Shown here in pieces: positions 1-13,572 of a stretch of DNA of 64,000 nt (the first letter of the stretch is position 1; each line of letters begins with the position of its first letter). The notes under the pieces were generated by a model. The model was not told the origin of the DNA. It saw only the letters and a program-made list of their open reading frames with translations, and did not search any database. The DNA comes from Lama guanicoe. Taxonomy: Eukaryota. The translations under genes were made by a program, and so were the position numbers. The stretch lies in NCBI GenBank assembly GCA_013239625.1, contig MU054098.1, positions 2,419,104 through 2,483,103 of the forward strand. Direction: 5' to 3'.

Positions 1-1104
1 AATGCTTGTATGGAAAATATATTATTTTTCTGTTATTATATTAGCCTACAGAAAGCCTGATTGTTTGGATCTTGAGTCCATAATCAAAATACTTGCAGGC
101 AAATTATCTCAGAGGGAAAAGAAACCTGATTATTAAATAAATCAAAATATAAAAACCATTACAGAAATATCTCAACAATCAAGTTTCATTTATTCAGTTT
201 GATTGGAGAAATGGCATATTTCTTAATTGATCACTCTGAGCAACTAAAAGTTATCAGCTCTTTCTACTTTACATAAATTGCCATTTTTCAAATAATCAGG
301 ACATAACAACTTGAAAAACAGAAAATCTATTCTAGTGAGAATAATCTTTTTTTTTCAGTGCTTGAACCTTGTTTATAGCTTTAATATCCCCATGGAGAAT
401 ATGATTCCTCATCATACAGTACTAGAGATATAACTGGTTTTAGAAACTTGGGCTGAATATGCACCAAGTCCTAACCAGTCCTTCTATGTTGCTTTAAAAA
501 AAATCAATTCTTTATGTTGGTTTTCTTCCTTTTTCTCATCAAAGTAGGTGGTAGAAAATGCCAAAGAAATCTGTTTATTTGATCTTTTCCATGGTCTAGA
601 CTTCAGATACATAAACAATTTTTTATACCTGACTATAAATTAAGTACTTTGGAAGCAATCGAATGCTTTTGGAAGACAGGGGCAATGTTTTGTAGGCTGT
701 TTCATAAGATCTTTCAGGATCTCTAAGGATATGAATAAGTTAATCCAACTTCCTAAGGTATCTTTCTTAAAGCCAGTAATACTTCGATGAAACAGAAGAA
801 TCTACCTCAAACAGTTTAAAAGGACCATGAACTTTACTGAAGAAAAATACAGTAAAGAACCAAATTCCTGTTTTTACTGATTTTTAACTCTCTAGTGGAG
901 ATAAAAGTAGTATAAATCCACTGGGAAAAGACTTCAGAGAGTTTATAGGACATGGAAAGGGGCAGAGTCTATTTCCTCCAACCTTCTTTAACAAGACTGC
1001 TACCTAGCTGGGTTCATCTACAGAGTAATAGCTTTCTTCCTTAAATGCTTGTGTGGCCCTATAAGAGAGGAGATAAGGTCAAGTTGCTACCAGGACAGTA
1101 AGCC

Positions 1105-1225
1105 AGTTATTCATTCAATAAATATGTAATAGAAAGCTATCAAAGATCAGGTGTTATACTAGGCCCTGGAGATACAACAGTGAACATAAATGGACACAGG
1201 TCCACCCTTTAAGAGATTACAGTCA
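1105..1225 (-). mobile_element. L2 LINE 3' fragment
   Basis: ttattcattcaataaatat...aggccctggagatacaacagtgaaca resembles the reverse complement of the L2 3' terminus. Confidence 0.6.
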
Positions 1226-2844
1226 GGTGAGGAGTAATTTTTCTTCTCCAAGTTCCCAATTATACAAATTTCCACCTACAGTTCCTAAATGACTTTCAAA
1301 CTCCACTCCAAATTTATCGTAGCCATCAATCAGTAAAACTTGAAGCCAAGAATGAAGTGATTTTTTTTCAGCACATTCCAAATTGCAGGACATTGGGCAA
1401 AAATTAGAACCCTCTACCCCAGGCCTCAAGACCACAGTATTCTATCCTACAAAGCTGTTAGGGGCAACTATGGCCTTTTCTGGTGTGTTTGTTCTTCTGA
1501 GACCCAGTCTGAAGACAGCATTCTCATTCCAAATTAAAAAGAAAGTGCTCTGAACAAGGCATTATAACTTTGTCCCTTTGTTTCTGACTGGTCCTTGGAA
1601 GCCTAGAAATCTGACAGAAAGAACAACCCCCTCCCAAATGGTGTTTTGTTTTATGGATTTAGTCAAATGCACAACAAGCACAGTAAGAACTATGTTGACC
1701 CACAGGGTCTACTTCCATCTCCTTTGTATCCCTCCAGTATTCCATTTGTAAACCTGCATGGATGTTAACATGGAGATTTTGTGATCAGAGGATCTATGGG
1801 GTCAGGGCTTGGAACAGAATTGCTGCAAAATAGTTTGATTAGTCATTGCTCTGAATGGATTAAAGCAGCATGAACACCTGCCTTGCTGCGGGGGACAAAA
1901 GGTGAGGCTGTAGAAATGAATAAAACTCATTTTGCTTCCAGGGGACCATATAGGGCATACTGAACACCATCAAATCTGTTTCTTCCTTTTCCCAGGGCCT
2001 AATGAAAGGAAATAGTGAAAAGACATTCAGCATTGGCATGAAATCATCAGACGTCTAACTAAGTTCAGTGCTGGGGAAGTAGCAGAAATAGCTTCATTAC
2101 TCATATTTCTCTGTACAATGCAGAAGTGATAAAGGCAAACTTTGGTAATGAGCCCAGATAAACTGAACAGACAGTCCACACCAGGTTGTGGGCTGGGGTT
2201 GGAGAGGGTGATGAAGAAGAAAGGAAAACAAGCATCTCCAAATAATTACCACTTGTCAGTCTCCAACTCTGTAAGTGCTTCATAATTGCCTTTGGCTCAG
2301 CCCTGAGCTTTCTCCATTGAATATTTGCTGAGAGGCTTAAAAATCATGCACAAAAAGGAAGCTTCTAGACAAAGAAAAATATCCCCAATGGGACAAATCT
2401 TTGTGAGACCATGCACTGACATTAGCATTCACAGCCAGCCTAGGGCTGTCTTGTATGCCTTAACCTGGTGAAAATGACATTCTTCCTTTTGGAAGAATTA
2501 AAAATGAAAGGAGATTTGGACTCCTTAATGTACCCCGACTGTTCCTCTTCTTCCTGACTTTATTTCAGACAATGTGGCAAGAATCCTTTCCCATGGGAGG
2601 GTGAGGAGGCAGAGGGATACTCAGAAGTCCCTGCCTGACGTCCCTCTGACTCCCTGGGGAAACCAGATGGTCAGCACTGAGAGGACCAGAAACAAAGAGT
2701 GCTTTTCAGAGTCCAGAGAAAATGGGTAGGTGGGAAAATAACCTCAATGAATGCTATTAGATTAATGGTTCCCAACTGTTTCCTCGCATTATACTCTATG
2801 TCCCACCTTTACTTTTATTGACGCAAAAGCCCTGGTTGATCTCT

Positions 2845-3040
2845 TAGCACAGAGTTATTTAACCTGAATCCCATGTTCCCCTAGAATACCCATGGCTGTT
2901 TATCGGGGGGCCCATGAGCCTATGGAAAGAAGCAAAAATTCATACTCATATGTCCATAGAACTTTTTGAAAAGATATTTCATAGCTTTCATCAGATTTTC
3001 ATGGGATCTTTTACTCTAAAAAGGTTAATCATCACTGTTT
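2845..3040. mobile_element. hAT-Charlie-type MITE fragment
   Basis: agctttcatcagattttcatgggatct...aaaaaggttaatcatcactg; a related copy lies at ~20500-20645. Confidence 0.5.
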
Positions 3041-3649
3041 GGGAGGCTGTCACTACTTAACATTTGTATGTCTTGCCTTTTGAATTTCAGCAGATTCAAG
3101 GGGAAGAGAGAGGTAAAAGAAAAGTGGCTATGTCTGGGTAGGTGAGGTGGGGGACAACTCATTTCAATCAGGAGCAACTGGTTGGAATAGCTAAAATGGC
3201 CTCCAGTGCCTAGGTCTCTGCCCATGTCCTTAATCTCTTCAAGACTATACCTGCCTTCTCCATTCTGTCTGCTCCTTCCAGAAATCAAGAAACCTCAAAG
3301 TCCAACTTGAAAAATGCTATCTGATTAATAAATCTAGTTAAGGACCTCATCCTTGGCCCCAAGATTTTTTTACTCATAGGTCAAGATACTGTCCACACTC
3401 AGAATTCTTCCCATCTCATGGTCTTTATATTATTTTTCATGTACCAAATTGGAATTTCCATTTCTAAGAAAAGCTATCCACCTATATTCTGACAGCTTCA
3501 AAAACATGGGTGACTTACTTAGTATTGGCGTAGCATCATTCTAGCTTCCCGGGCAGTGCACATATCCTTTGCTTCATAGGGACAGTAGAATGGTCCTGCC
3601 AAGTTTTAGAGATAGTATTTTCTTAAAGAATCACCATCCTTTCTTTCAA

Positions 3650-4190
3650 GCAGATAAATAAAAACCAAACTCCTTGCAACAGACAACAAGGTTGACAGGA
3701 TTGCATCCACTTACCCCATACATCCCCCACCATCGATCTCACTATTCTTCTGACATCATTTGCCATCCTCCTCCTCTCTCATGCTGCTCCAGCCACTCTG
3801 GCCTCCTCATTGTTCCTCAAACACACAAGCACACTCCAGCCTCATATCCTGTGCACTGGTTGTTTCCTCTATCTAGAAATGATCTTCTACTAGAAACCAC
3901 CAAAGCGAGCTCCCTCGCTTTCTTCAGGTCTCTAATCAAATATCACTTTATCACAAAGGTCTTTCCTGACTACTTTATTTAAAACAGTGGAACAGTTTCT
4001 TTCTCTTTACCCTTTACTCTGTTTTATTTTTCTTGGTATATCTCACCACCTGATATATTTATTTTCTCCCCCTACTAGACCATAAGTTCCAGGAAGGCAC
4101 TTGTTCCCTGTACCTTATCCCAGCACCTAGCACAATGCCTAACACACAGTAGGTACTCAATAAATATTTGTTGAGTAAACAACGAGCAGA
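3650..4190 (+). mobile_element. L2 LINE 3' portion
   Basis: ccagccactctggcctcc...cccagcacctagcacaatgcct...caataaatatttgttgag, a typical L2 3' end. Confidence 0.85.
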
Positions 4191-4389
4191 ATGATGAGTG
4201 GAGAGCTCCGTATCAAAGCTCCCAAGTTGAGTTTCTCAATGGCAATTTAAGTAAAAAGAAAAAATCTGTATTAACCACATACTTCATTTCTATTCCAAAG
4301 TCAGATGAGACCGTGAAGTGTAAGTGTCACTGCCAAGCACTTCAATCTAAATTAAAATGCCCATTATTCTTTGTCAAAGCTACCTGCCC

Positions 4390-4605
4390 TTTTCTTTCAT
4401 AGCACTGTTCAACATGTGTAATTATCATGTATTTATTTTTTAAAAGATGTTTAACATCTGCTTCCTTCCATTAGAATGAAAGCTGATGAGGGTCAAGGAC
4501 TTGGTATGCCTTGTTCACTACTTGCACTGCTAGCACCCAAGTGCACTGATGGGGACCCGGTAGACTCGCAATAAATATGAGTTGAATGAGTAAATGAATA
4601 AATGA
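4390..4605 (+). mobile_element. L2 LINE 3' end
   Basis: ends caataaatatgagttgaatgagtaaatgaataaatga. Confidence 0.75.
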
Positions 4606-4732
4606 GAAGACTTTTATAGATATGAAATCATCTTTTGTCTTAGCTACACTATCCCAATGCCAATGCAGGGTGTGCAGTTTAAAAAAATGGGTAACTCTCT
4701 CAAAAACACTATTTGAAGATTTGAAGTCGAAG

Positions 4733-5388
4733 TGTTAGAGCAGGCAGATGGCTAGATATGAGCAGAGAAAGGGGGACATAGAACAAATGGCAGGAACTGG
4801 GCAGAAAGGAGGGCCACAGACCAAATGCAGGAAACCACACATCACGTAAGCACCAGGGGCCTCTGGGAAGAGAAAGAAAAGCAGAAATCTCTGGGCTAAG
4901 TGGTCACACCTTTGGGGTGATAAATGGCCCAGAGGCCAACAAAGAAAGGTGAGAAAAGGCAGGAATCTCCAGTGTCCGAATGCAACATTTTGCTCATTAT
5001 GTCCTCATTTCAATAAAATTAGCCTTGCAGATTAGAAGTACCCATCATGCACCGATGCCATGACATTTCCGATCCAGACTAAATAAGGACAAAAATTCCT
5101 CCTTCCTTTGGGAAGGTGGAGCTGGGATGAAAATCAGGAAATATGACCCCCCTAGAACCTTCCCTCCCTAATGAATATTCCACCCATTCATTTCTACACC
5201 CTATGTAACCGACTCGTCAAAGAAACTCGGGGCAGCGGCTCAACTGAGCCTGCCCGCTCTTCCCTTCAGAGTGTACTATCCATCCTTTAATAAATTTTTA
5301 CTTCACTTTTTAACCACTATGTCTTATCTCTGAATTCTTTCTGGGATGGGACAAGAACCTGGAACACTGGTTACATCTACCGGCAACA
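4733..5388 (+). mobile_element. ERV1-class solo LTR (656 bp)
   Basis: TGTT...AACA inverted termini, perfect 4-bp TSD GAAG at 4729-4732 and 5389-5392, AATAAA near 5288. Confidence 0.88.
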
Positions 5389-5789
5389 GAAGTAGGGGCA
5401 TACAGGAAAGTAAATTTCCAGTTAACATGAATATTTTACTTTCCAGTTTTGACACTGTGATATCACTATTCATATGGTGTCTGACCACAGATTTTGAGGA
5501 AATTGGTGAACAGAAGGAAGTGGGAGAAGGATGCTTTCTCCCATTTGGTTTGGTACAGGAGAAAAGATAAGTACCATCTAAAACTGTTAATGTTCTATTC
5601 TCCAGATCGACGAAAGAAGCCGACATGTAGTACAGTCTCAGTTTGTTTTAGACTTGACAATTTTGCTGAATGACTTGGCTCTTCAAATCACTCAAGGCTC
5701 ACTGAAAGTTTATTTTCATATATAGAGCAGATGCATGAGAATAAGCATAAAATTTGCTCTCATTGTTTTCTTGAGTTTTCTTTGGAGCC

Positions 5790-6030
5790 ACCATGAAATA
5801 AAACCTTACATTTGTACAGTCATCCCCTTTAGCATTTTTACCTAGTTGGATTATTTCATTTCATGCTCACTACTCTGGGAGACGGGTACTATTAATATCA
5901 CCATTTTCCACATGAGTAAGCGATGACCTAGAGAGAAGCAATGACATTTCCCAGGTTACACAGCTGATACATGACAGAATCAGGATTTTAACCTAGATTT
6001 TGAACTTCAAGTCCAATGCTCCTTCCATGA
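5790..6030 (-). mobile_element. MIR SINE
   Basis: attaatatcaccattttccacatgag...cccaggttacacagct...caggattttaacctaga. Confidence 0.75.
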
Positions 6031-6075
6031 CATCCTTCAGTTTCCATATTTTGCCCCCAGGAAAGCTTGGTTATC

Positions 6076-6189
6076 CAGGGTGACAAACTTGTCCTGGTTT
6101 GCCTAGGTCTTTCCTGCTTTCAGTCCTGAAAGTCCTATGTCCCAGGAACCCTCTCAGTCCCAGGGAAACTGGGATGGCTCATCATCCTA
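6076..6189. mobile_element. MER81-like hAT-Blackjack MITE (114 bp)
   Basis: cagggtgacaaacttgtcctggtttgcc...gggaaactgggatggctcatcatccta, with degenerate terminal inverted repeats. Confidence 0.75.
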
Positions 6190-6489
6190 GCTGTCACTCA
6201 GATCGTATCTACAAACCCACCATTCTTTCTACCCTATAGTACCCATACTTCTTCACAAATTTGATGTCACCAAATTTGATATTTGTTTTATCCCTGTGCT
6301 CTTATTTGTCATATGTATTCCCTTTGTATATAGAGAACAAAGATTTAGAGAAAACAAGTCTATGTATTTGTTTCATGTGTCACACAGCATCCGGTGTAAA
6401 TAGGCACTTAATACAGTCTGGTTTATAAGTCTGTGACAGGCACTGTGATTCATGTTTAGGAAGGAGCAATAAACACTTGATTCAAGGTA

Positions 6490-6650
6490 TGGGTCTGCTC
6501 TTTGGATACAGGCAAGAGCCTCCCCCTCTTCTGGATCTCAATTTCCTCATCTGAAAATAGGCATAATAATTCCTGCCCTGCCCGTCCCACAATGATGAAA
6601 GGAGATATATGTGAAAATGACCTGAAAAGGGCTAAGTATATTAGCAATGT
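6490..6650 (+). mobile_element. MIR SINE fragment
   Basis: ctcaatttcctcatctgaaaataggcataataat (MIR core). Confidence 0.7.
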
Positions 6651-7629
6651 TGTATTAGAAGAGCCGGAGGCAGAGGATGAGCCCAGCATCATGGTAGCAT
6701 GTAATCAAACAGCCTGATTCATGTCAGACGTTTTTGCACTCAACACTGCGCTGGGAGGCAAGCAGTGGCTCATTAAGGCAGTGGAAATCAACAGATTAGC
6801 CCTGACACAATCACATCATTTGACCTTGGCTTTTCCCTCATATGGCCACCTGATGGCTAAGAACATTACCCTCTCTCATCCTTCTCGGAGCCTATTTACT
6901 TATTTGCTAAATTTGCCATTGTGTTTGTTCCCTGCCTCTGGGTTCAATTCAGCAATAGGCAGGATGTGACAGCCTGCCATGAATACCCAGACCACTTCTT
7001 GAATGACAGGAAACTTAGAAATAGCCCCATGCTCATATTTCTAGATATTCAAAGTAAACGTAATTTCAGAAAACTGACAATATGAAAGCCTTGAACCTTA
7101 CAGAGCGTGTCACCCAAGATTTCCTCATTCCAAGAGGAAATGACATATGGAACAAACTTCCCAGATCTCTCAGACACCCAGCTGTTTATACTAAGGAAGC
7201 TGATGATGAGTGCATGGCAAAAGCCTAAGATTAAATCTGAGAGAGAGAGGAAAAAAACATGATGAAAAAGAGACATACCAAGGAGGAGGTATTTGCAGTT
7301 TGGCATTTCACCATGAGTTTGGGCCTTTTTCCAGAGCCAGAGTGAGACCCAAGATGAGGCTGTTGTCACGGTGACCGTGACAGCTGAGCTGAGGCAATGC
7401 CTTGAGGTCGGTGAGACCTCCCCACACACCGTGGCCAGGAAAAACCAGATACAGAAAAATTGTGAAATCAGTTGGGGCTTTGATACATTTCTCCCCTCCC
7501 TTTTAATGCTTCACAGCTACATTCTCAAGGGATGATTTTTTTCAGACTGACTGTCAGGCCAGGGTCCTCCACTCAAGAAAACTTTTTCTTTCTACCTACC
7601 ACCTTCTTTGCTGATGCCAGTAGGTAAAA

Positions 7630-8270
7630 TGGGTGATAACCTCCCAAACTGATACCCTGCCCCTACTTTTGCCCCCTCACGGAACTCAAAGCCTCACACG
7701 GTAACCAGAGACCCTTTTAAATGCTCCACGGCTCCCCATCTCAGACTGAGTAAAAGGCAAAGCACAAAGCCCTCCCATCTGCCCTCCAGCTCCCAGTTAC
7801 CTCTCTGGCCTCATTTCCTACTCCTGTTCTTCTTGGCCCCTTTGCTGCCCTGTGCACACATCGGCCATTCTTCTCCTTGAGGGCTGGTGTGCTTGTTCTG
7901 TACCCTCTGCCTAGAATGCTCTTCCCCAGATATTTGTGTTTCTCCAGCCCTTTAAACAATGTCACCTTCTCAGTGATTCTTTCTCTGGTTTCTCTGTCTA
8001 AAATGGAAACCATGTCACTTAGGATACTTTTTAATACCTCTTATCACCTCCTCCTGTTTTATTTTTCGTTCTGGTACTTAGCACTATCTAACATACATGA
8101 CATATTTTGCTTACTTTTTCTATGATCTTCCTCCCTCAAAAAGATTGTAAACTCCATGAAAGAGAGGATTTCTGTCTGTCTTGGATCCCTAGCACCTAGA
8201 AAAGCACCTCACTCCTAACAGGCACTTATTAAATACCTGTTAAAGGAATTAATAAGTGAGTGAATGAAAG
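7630..8270 (+). mobile_element. L2 LINE 3' portion
   Basis: ccctctgcctagaatgctcttccccaga...cctagcacctagaa...aaatacctgttaaaggaattaataagtgagtgaatgaa. Confidence 0.8.
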
Positions 8271-8559
8271 AGATTAATCTTATAAAGTATGCTAAAGTCA
8301 TCCTCAGTTGAGTTTTTTCCCGTTCCAAGAGAAAAGAATGACTGAATGGCTTAAACAATGAAAATACATAGGCTTCTACTTGCAGACAGATGCAGGAGAT
8401 ACTGAGATACTTAAAGCAGGGAGACTGCCTTCCCTACCTGCCCTCAGAGGTGCCATCATTACTCACTGCTCACCTGGGGTGCTTAGCAGATAAAACACAT
8501 CAACAGGATGAGAGGCAAGGACCATTTCTGGCACAGGTAAAACTAGTTTAATTTTTTAA

Positions 8560-8790
8560 GCTACTATAGATTGAGAATTTATCATGTGCCAGGCCCTTTA
8601 TATAACCACTTAAAATCCTCACACAAACTTATCAAAGTCTATATCATTCTCCCTATTCTATAGGAGAGGAAGCTAAGACTCAAAGAAATTGAGTAACTTG
8701 CCAAAAGTCACATGACTAGAAATATACAGAACTGGTTTTCCAACCCAGGTCAATAGCACGGAGAGACTGTTCATTCTGTGCTACCAACCT
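8560..8790 (-). mobile_element. MIR SINE
   Basis: catgtgccaggc...gaggaagctaagactcaaagaaattgagtaacttgccaaaagtcaca. Confidence 0.75.
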
Positions 8791-9299
8791 GCTGTAGTTC
8801 AAGGGAGGCACTGTACCTTGATTCACAGTTAGCATTCTAACAAACAGGCCAAAATCCTCAGACTTGCAATTACTTGGCATTTGCAGTGAGTATTTTCCCA
8901 ACTACAAAAGGCCTCTGCACTGACAGGAATTAAATTGCTGCCCTGTCCCGCCCCCTGCAGCACATCACAACAAATGTTAATCTCCCTTGCAGGCTGTTGC
9001 CTATATTTCCCTGACTGTATTTCATTTCCATTAGCAGACCTGGAGTTGGAAGACTAAAGCCAGAATTTTGTACTGTAATCGTCACATAGCAGTCTGATCA
9101 CATTGGGAGACATGGAACACGTGCAGCCCTCCTCGTTTACGGCATGCTAATAGGCTATAAGGAATTCCAAGCCTATATCACTGTACAGAGCAAGTTCCTG
9201 AAACAAAACATTCCTGAACACCAAATGAGCAGAAGGCACCAGGTTCCCCTGCCAGACAATTCTCCTCCCCTTCTTAGAGCCACTCTTTCCCAAAAATGA

Positions 9300-9560
9300 G
9301 AGTTTGTTATTCATTCAGTGGATGTTAGATGAGCACAGTGGCCAGGCTCTCTGCTAGGTGCCAAGGACAGAAAGGTGAATGTGATTCCATCTAGCAAGGG
9401 AGAGAGAGAAGAAATCAGGTGATAAATGACTGCACCCTGTGGCAAAGACTGTAGAGGGGGGGTAGGTAAAGAGTGCAAGGAACACATAGAGAGGGGAAGG
9501 CTAACTTTTATTAGAGGATGCAGAGAAAAGTTTTCCTAAAGAGATGACAAAGAACCATTC
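9300..9560 (-). mobile_element. degenerate L2 fragment
   Basis: ttattcattcagtggatgttagatgagcac...gccaggctctctgctaggtgcc. Confidence 0.5.
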
Positions 9561-10029
9561 AATTCTTTTTAAAAATCAACCACTTATGTAACACCCAATT
9601 TTTTAAAGGTATGGTGTTAGGACTTAATCATTCAGATGTTTTCTTCAAAATGGGGGCAATGAGGAGTTTACATCATGGCCAGTTCACTGAAGTGCAAGTG
9701 GTCATGACCTCATCCCACACATACTGATGACTCCCCAGTATGCGGTCCAGAGCCACAGAAGAATTTCCTAATGCTGACTAATAAACCTGTAATGCCAGCC
9801 CTTGGTCATAAGAGGGACAGGTGAGAATCTGAGTTCTACTAGAGTTTCAAAAGCCAAAGAATAGAATCCATCCAGCTGAGTGATTTGTGAACCACAGGGC
9901 AGAGAATACGGGGTCGGCGGTTAAAGTCCAGTGTATGGGGCCACAGACCCTACACCCTTGCTTGAAACATTGCAACTCTGCTGTTTAATATGTTGAGTTT
10001 CTGCGTCTGCTTTTGCTTGAGATGAGGGT

Positions 10030-10310
10030 TCTGTGGCTGAAAAGAATTTTACAGATGAGGGAAACTGCGGCTCAAAGAAGGAAAATAATTCACCCCAGAT
10101 GACACTGTGTGACACTGAGCAAATAATTTTAACCTCTGTGAGCTTCAGTTCCTCCATCTGTGAAATGGGAATGATAATAGTGCATACCTATATGGTGGCT
10201 TTGAGGACTCATTGAGATAATGCATTCAAATCAGCCAGAACCTGAAACATACCAGATATAAGAAAAATATTGATTACTACTATTATGATGATGATGATGA
10301 TGATGATGCA
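10030..10310 (+). mobile_element. MIR SINE(s) with a (GAT)n tail
   Basis: ctctgtgagcttcagttcctccatctgtgaaatgggaatgataatagt; an oppositely oriented MIR core lies at ~10045-10105; (GAT)n at ~10285-10308. Confidence 0.75.
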
Positions 10311-10409
10311 GTCAGTTCCAGTTATTAAAATTAAAGCTTCCTGTTTTGCAAATCAGCATTCTGATCTCTACATCGCACTGGCTCAGGACAGGCCCTAGTT
10401 AGTGTGATT

Positions 10410-11480
10410 TGACACAGGTGACCACTCTTCCCTCCAGGATTCATTTTTTTTTCCATTAGAGTCTCTGAGAAAGGCACTCACTCACTGGGTTTGTCCTCCA
10501 ACCTCACTAGCTTCTCCTTCTTAGTCTCCTCTGCTTCCTCCTCATTTCCCTGACCATTAACCTTCAGACAGCCTCAGCTTCAGGCTTCAGATCTCTTCTT
10601 TTCTCTCTTCTACACTCAGCCCCTAGGGCAACTCATTCAGGCCCAGGGCTTTAAATTCCCTCTGTCTATTGATGACTCACACATTTACTCTCCAGCTCAG
10701 ACCTCTCCCCACTGGGCTCCAGAGCCATGATACCAATCCAGCATCTCCATTTCAATACAGATATCTCAAAGTAAATATGTCTAAAATAAAATTCTTGATT
10801 TTCCTCCCAGGTTTGTTCCTCCTCCCACTGTTCCCCATTTCAGTGAATGCCCCCCAAATCCTCCCACTTGTTCAGACCAAAGCCCAACCACCTCCTTTCT
10901 TTGCCTCCCATCCCATATCCAATCCATCAGCAAGTCCTCTTGGTTATGCCTCTAAAATTCATGATATTCATGATATTCATAAATTCACCCACATTTCAAC
11001 CCTGCATTGCTAAAAGCTTAGGCTAAGCTACCGTTATTTTTGGCTGAAATTACTGCAAAAACATCTGATCTGATCTCCCTGCATTCGCTCTTGCTGCCTT
11101 ATAGACCATTCTCTATGCAGCAGCCAAGGTGATCATTTTAAAATCATTATTCAGATAATGTAATTCCTCTGTTAAAATTTCCTGCAATGATTTGTCATTG
11201 GACATCCCTGGGTAACCCAGCATAGCCCTGCCCTCACTCCCACTTTCTATCTCACTTCTTTCCTTCATAGCATTAATCACTATTTGAAATTGTACATGCA
11301 TATATATACTATTTTTCACTTGTTCACATTTTAAAATGTCTTACACATACACACACTAGCCAAAACAATTCCATTTTCATGAGGCAGGAACTTTACCTTT
11401 TCCATTACTCTATCCCCAGCACTGAAGAGTGCCTGTCACAGTAGGCCCACAGCAAATATTTGTTGAGGACATGAAAGAAA
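10410..11480 (+). mobile_element. L2 LINE (ORF2 3' region to 3' end, internally deleted)
   Basis: tgaccactcttccctcc...tgatgactcacacattta...atccaatccatcagcaagtcct...aaatatttgttgag. Confidence 0.85.
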
Positions 11481-12219
11481 AGAGAAATCTGATTAGACAC
11501 TCCATTTGACTGGGTCCCAACATCCCCTGCCTGCCTCTGTGAAGTCCCCTTCCCAGACGAAGTCCACATTTTAGGTAAGACCATAGTGAGTCTGGGAAGA
11601 AACTGCTTTCACCCCACCCAACCCTGACAGGTGAATTAAGCATCAACGTAAGTCTCTGAAAGTCTTATTTTCATAGCAAAACAGTGATTTTTCCAGTCTA
11701 CAATATTTTAACGAGAAAGAATCCATCATGATCAAAAGTACTGTTTCTAACTATGGTCATGATGAACGTACAATAATTAAGATATTCAAACTACTGTCAC
11801 TTGCTTGACGCATTCCAATTAAGGAGGATGCTATAAATAAAGAGGCTAAAACATCACCTGTTGCAAACATTGTATAGGAGAAGAGCTCCTGCACAGAGCC
11901 CTTCAGGATAATATTTCTGATGATGAATGGCTTATTGCTATAGAAAGATACTGACTTGTAAAACCATAGACACAGGGAAGGAGGGGAAGAGCATGCTAAT
12001 GTGCAAAATCACTCCAAGCCAGCATCAGGAGCCTTGAAAATAGGTCAAAGTTGGGATTAAAAAGCAGGATTGGCCCTAGGCAACACTGTACAATGAGAGA
12101 AGTTGTCCAATGGAAGAAGTAATAAGTGCAAGGAGTTTATCTCCATTCATTATTTAGCTACACTGGAGAGTAGAAGTGGAGGAATAGAAGGGAATTTAGC
12201 CTGGACTTCGTAGCATAGT

Positions 12220-12580
12220 AGGCTGCAATACTGAAATCACCTGTGGATATTAAGACACACCTAGGCATCACTCCCAGCGATTCTGATTTAATTAACTAGA
12301 GCAAGTTCCAGGCACTAGTATGTTGTTTAAGCTTCCCAGGTGATTCCAATGTGCAGTCAGGTTTGAGAACCATTTTTAGCTGATCCAAATCTTAGGAAGG
12401 CAGCCTAAGTCTGTTTTTCTTAACTCTGTGTTTCTCAAAATGTGGTCACTAGACCTGCAGCAACATTATCACCCAGAAATCTGTTAGAAAGGCAAATTAT
12501 GCAGTCCCACTTCAGATCTATGAGACCAGAAACTGCAGGGGGTGGGGCCCAGTGATGTGTTTAACAAGCCCTCCTCAGGA
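12220..12580. mobile_element. two adjacent MER5-type hAT MITEs in opposite orientation
   Basis: gcttcccaggtgattccaatgtgcagtcaggtttgagaacca and tttctcaaaatgtggtcactagacctgcagc...ttaacaagccctcc. Confidence 0.75.
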
Positions 12581-12754
12581 CATATTAATAAAAGTGAACC
12601 CACTCTGACTGTAATAGAGTTAAACAGCTGGAGCTACAAGAAGCAAAAAGATATACTTTGAATCCAAATTGAACTGAAGCACAAAAGGTGAAACTGTTTT
12701 TGTAGGACTCTCACCCCAAGAAAAGATGTTAGTGAGTTAAACATGAGCATTGAA

Positions 12755-13572
12755 CCAAAAACTACAATGAGGTATCATCTCACACCAGTCATGGTCATCA
12801 TTCAAAAGTCCACGAACGATAAATACTAGAAAGGCTGTGGAGAAAAGGGAACACTCTTACACTGTTGGTGGGAATGTAGTTTAGTGCAGCCATTATGCAA
12901 AACAGTATGGAGATTCCTCAAAAAACTAAAAATAGACTTACTATATGATCCAGCAATCCCACTCCTGGGCATATATCTGGAGAAAACGAATTCAAAAAGA
13001 CACATGCACCCCAATGTTCACAGCAGCACTATATACAATAGCCAAGACATGGAAGCAACCTAAATGTCTATCGACAGATGACTAGATAAAGAAACTGTGG
13101 TATATAGATATGATAGAATACTGCTCAGCCATAAAAAAGAATAAAATAATGCCATCTGCAGCAACATGGATGGACCTGGAGATGATCATACTAAGTGAAG
13201 TAAGTCAGACAGAGGAAGACAAACATAATATGATATCACTTATATGTGGAATCTAAAAAAAAAGATACAAAAAAACTTATTTACAAAACAGAAACAGACT
13301 CACAGACATAGAGAACAGACTTATGCTTATCAAAAGGGAAAGTGGGGGATAAATTAGGAGTTGAGGATCAGCAGACACTACCTACTGTAAATAAAATAGA
13401 TAACAAGTCTTACTGTATAGCGCAGGAAATTATATTCAATATCTTGTAATAAACTATAATGAAAAAGAATCTGAAAAAGTATATACATATATCTGAATCA
13501 CTTTGCCATACATCAGAAATGGACATAACATTGTAAATCAACTATACTTTAATTTTTTAAAAAAGAAAAGAA
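12755..13572 (+). mobile_element. L1 3' end (ORF2 C-terminus plus 3'UTR), camelid/cetartiodactyl type
   Basis: atatgatccagcaatcccactcctgggcatatatc...taaatcaactatacttt followed by an A-rich tail. Confidence 0.92.
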
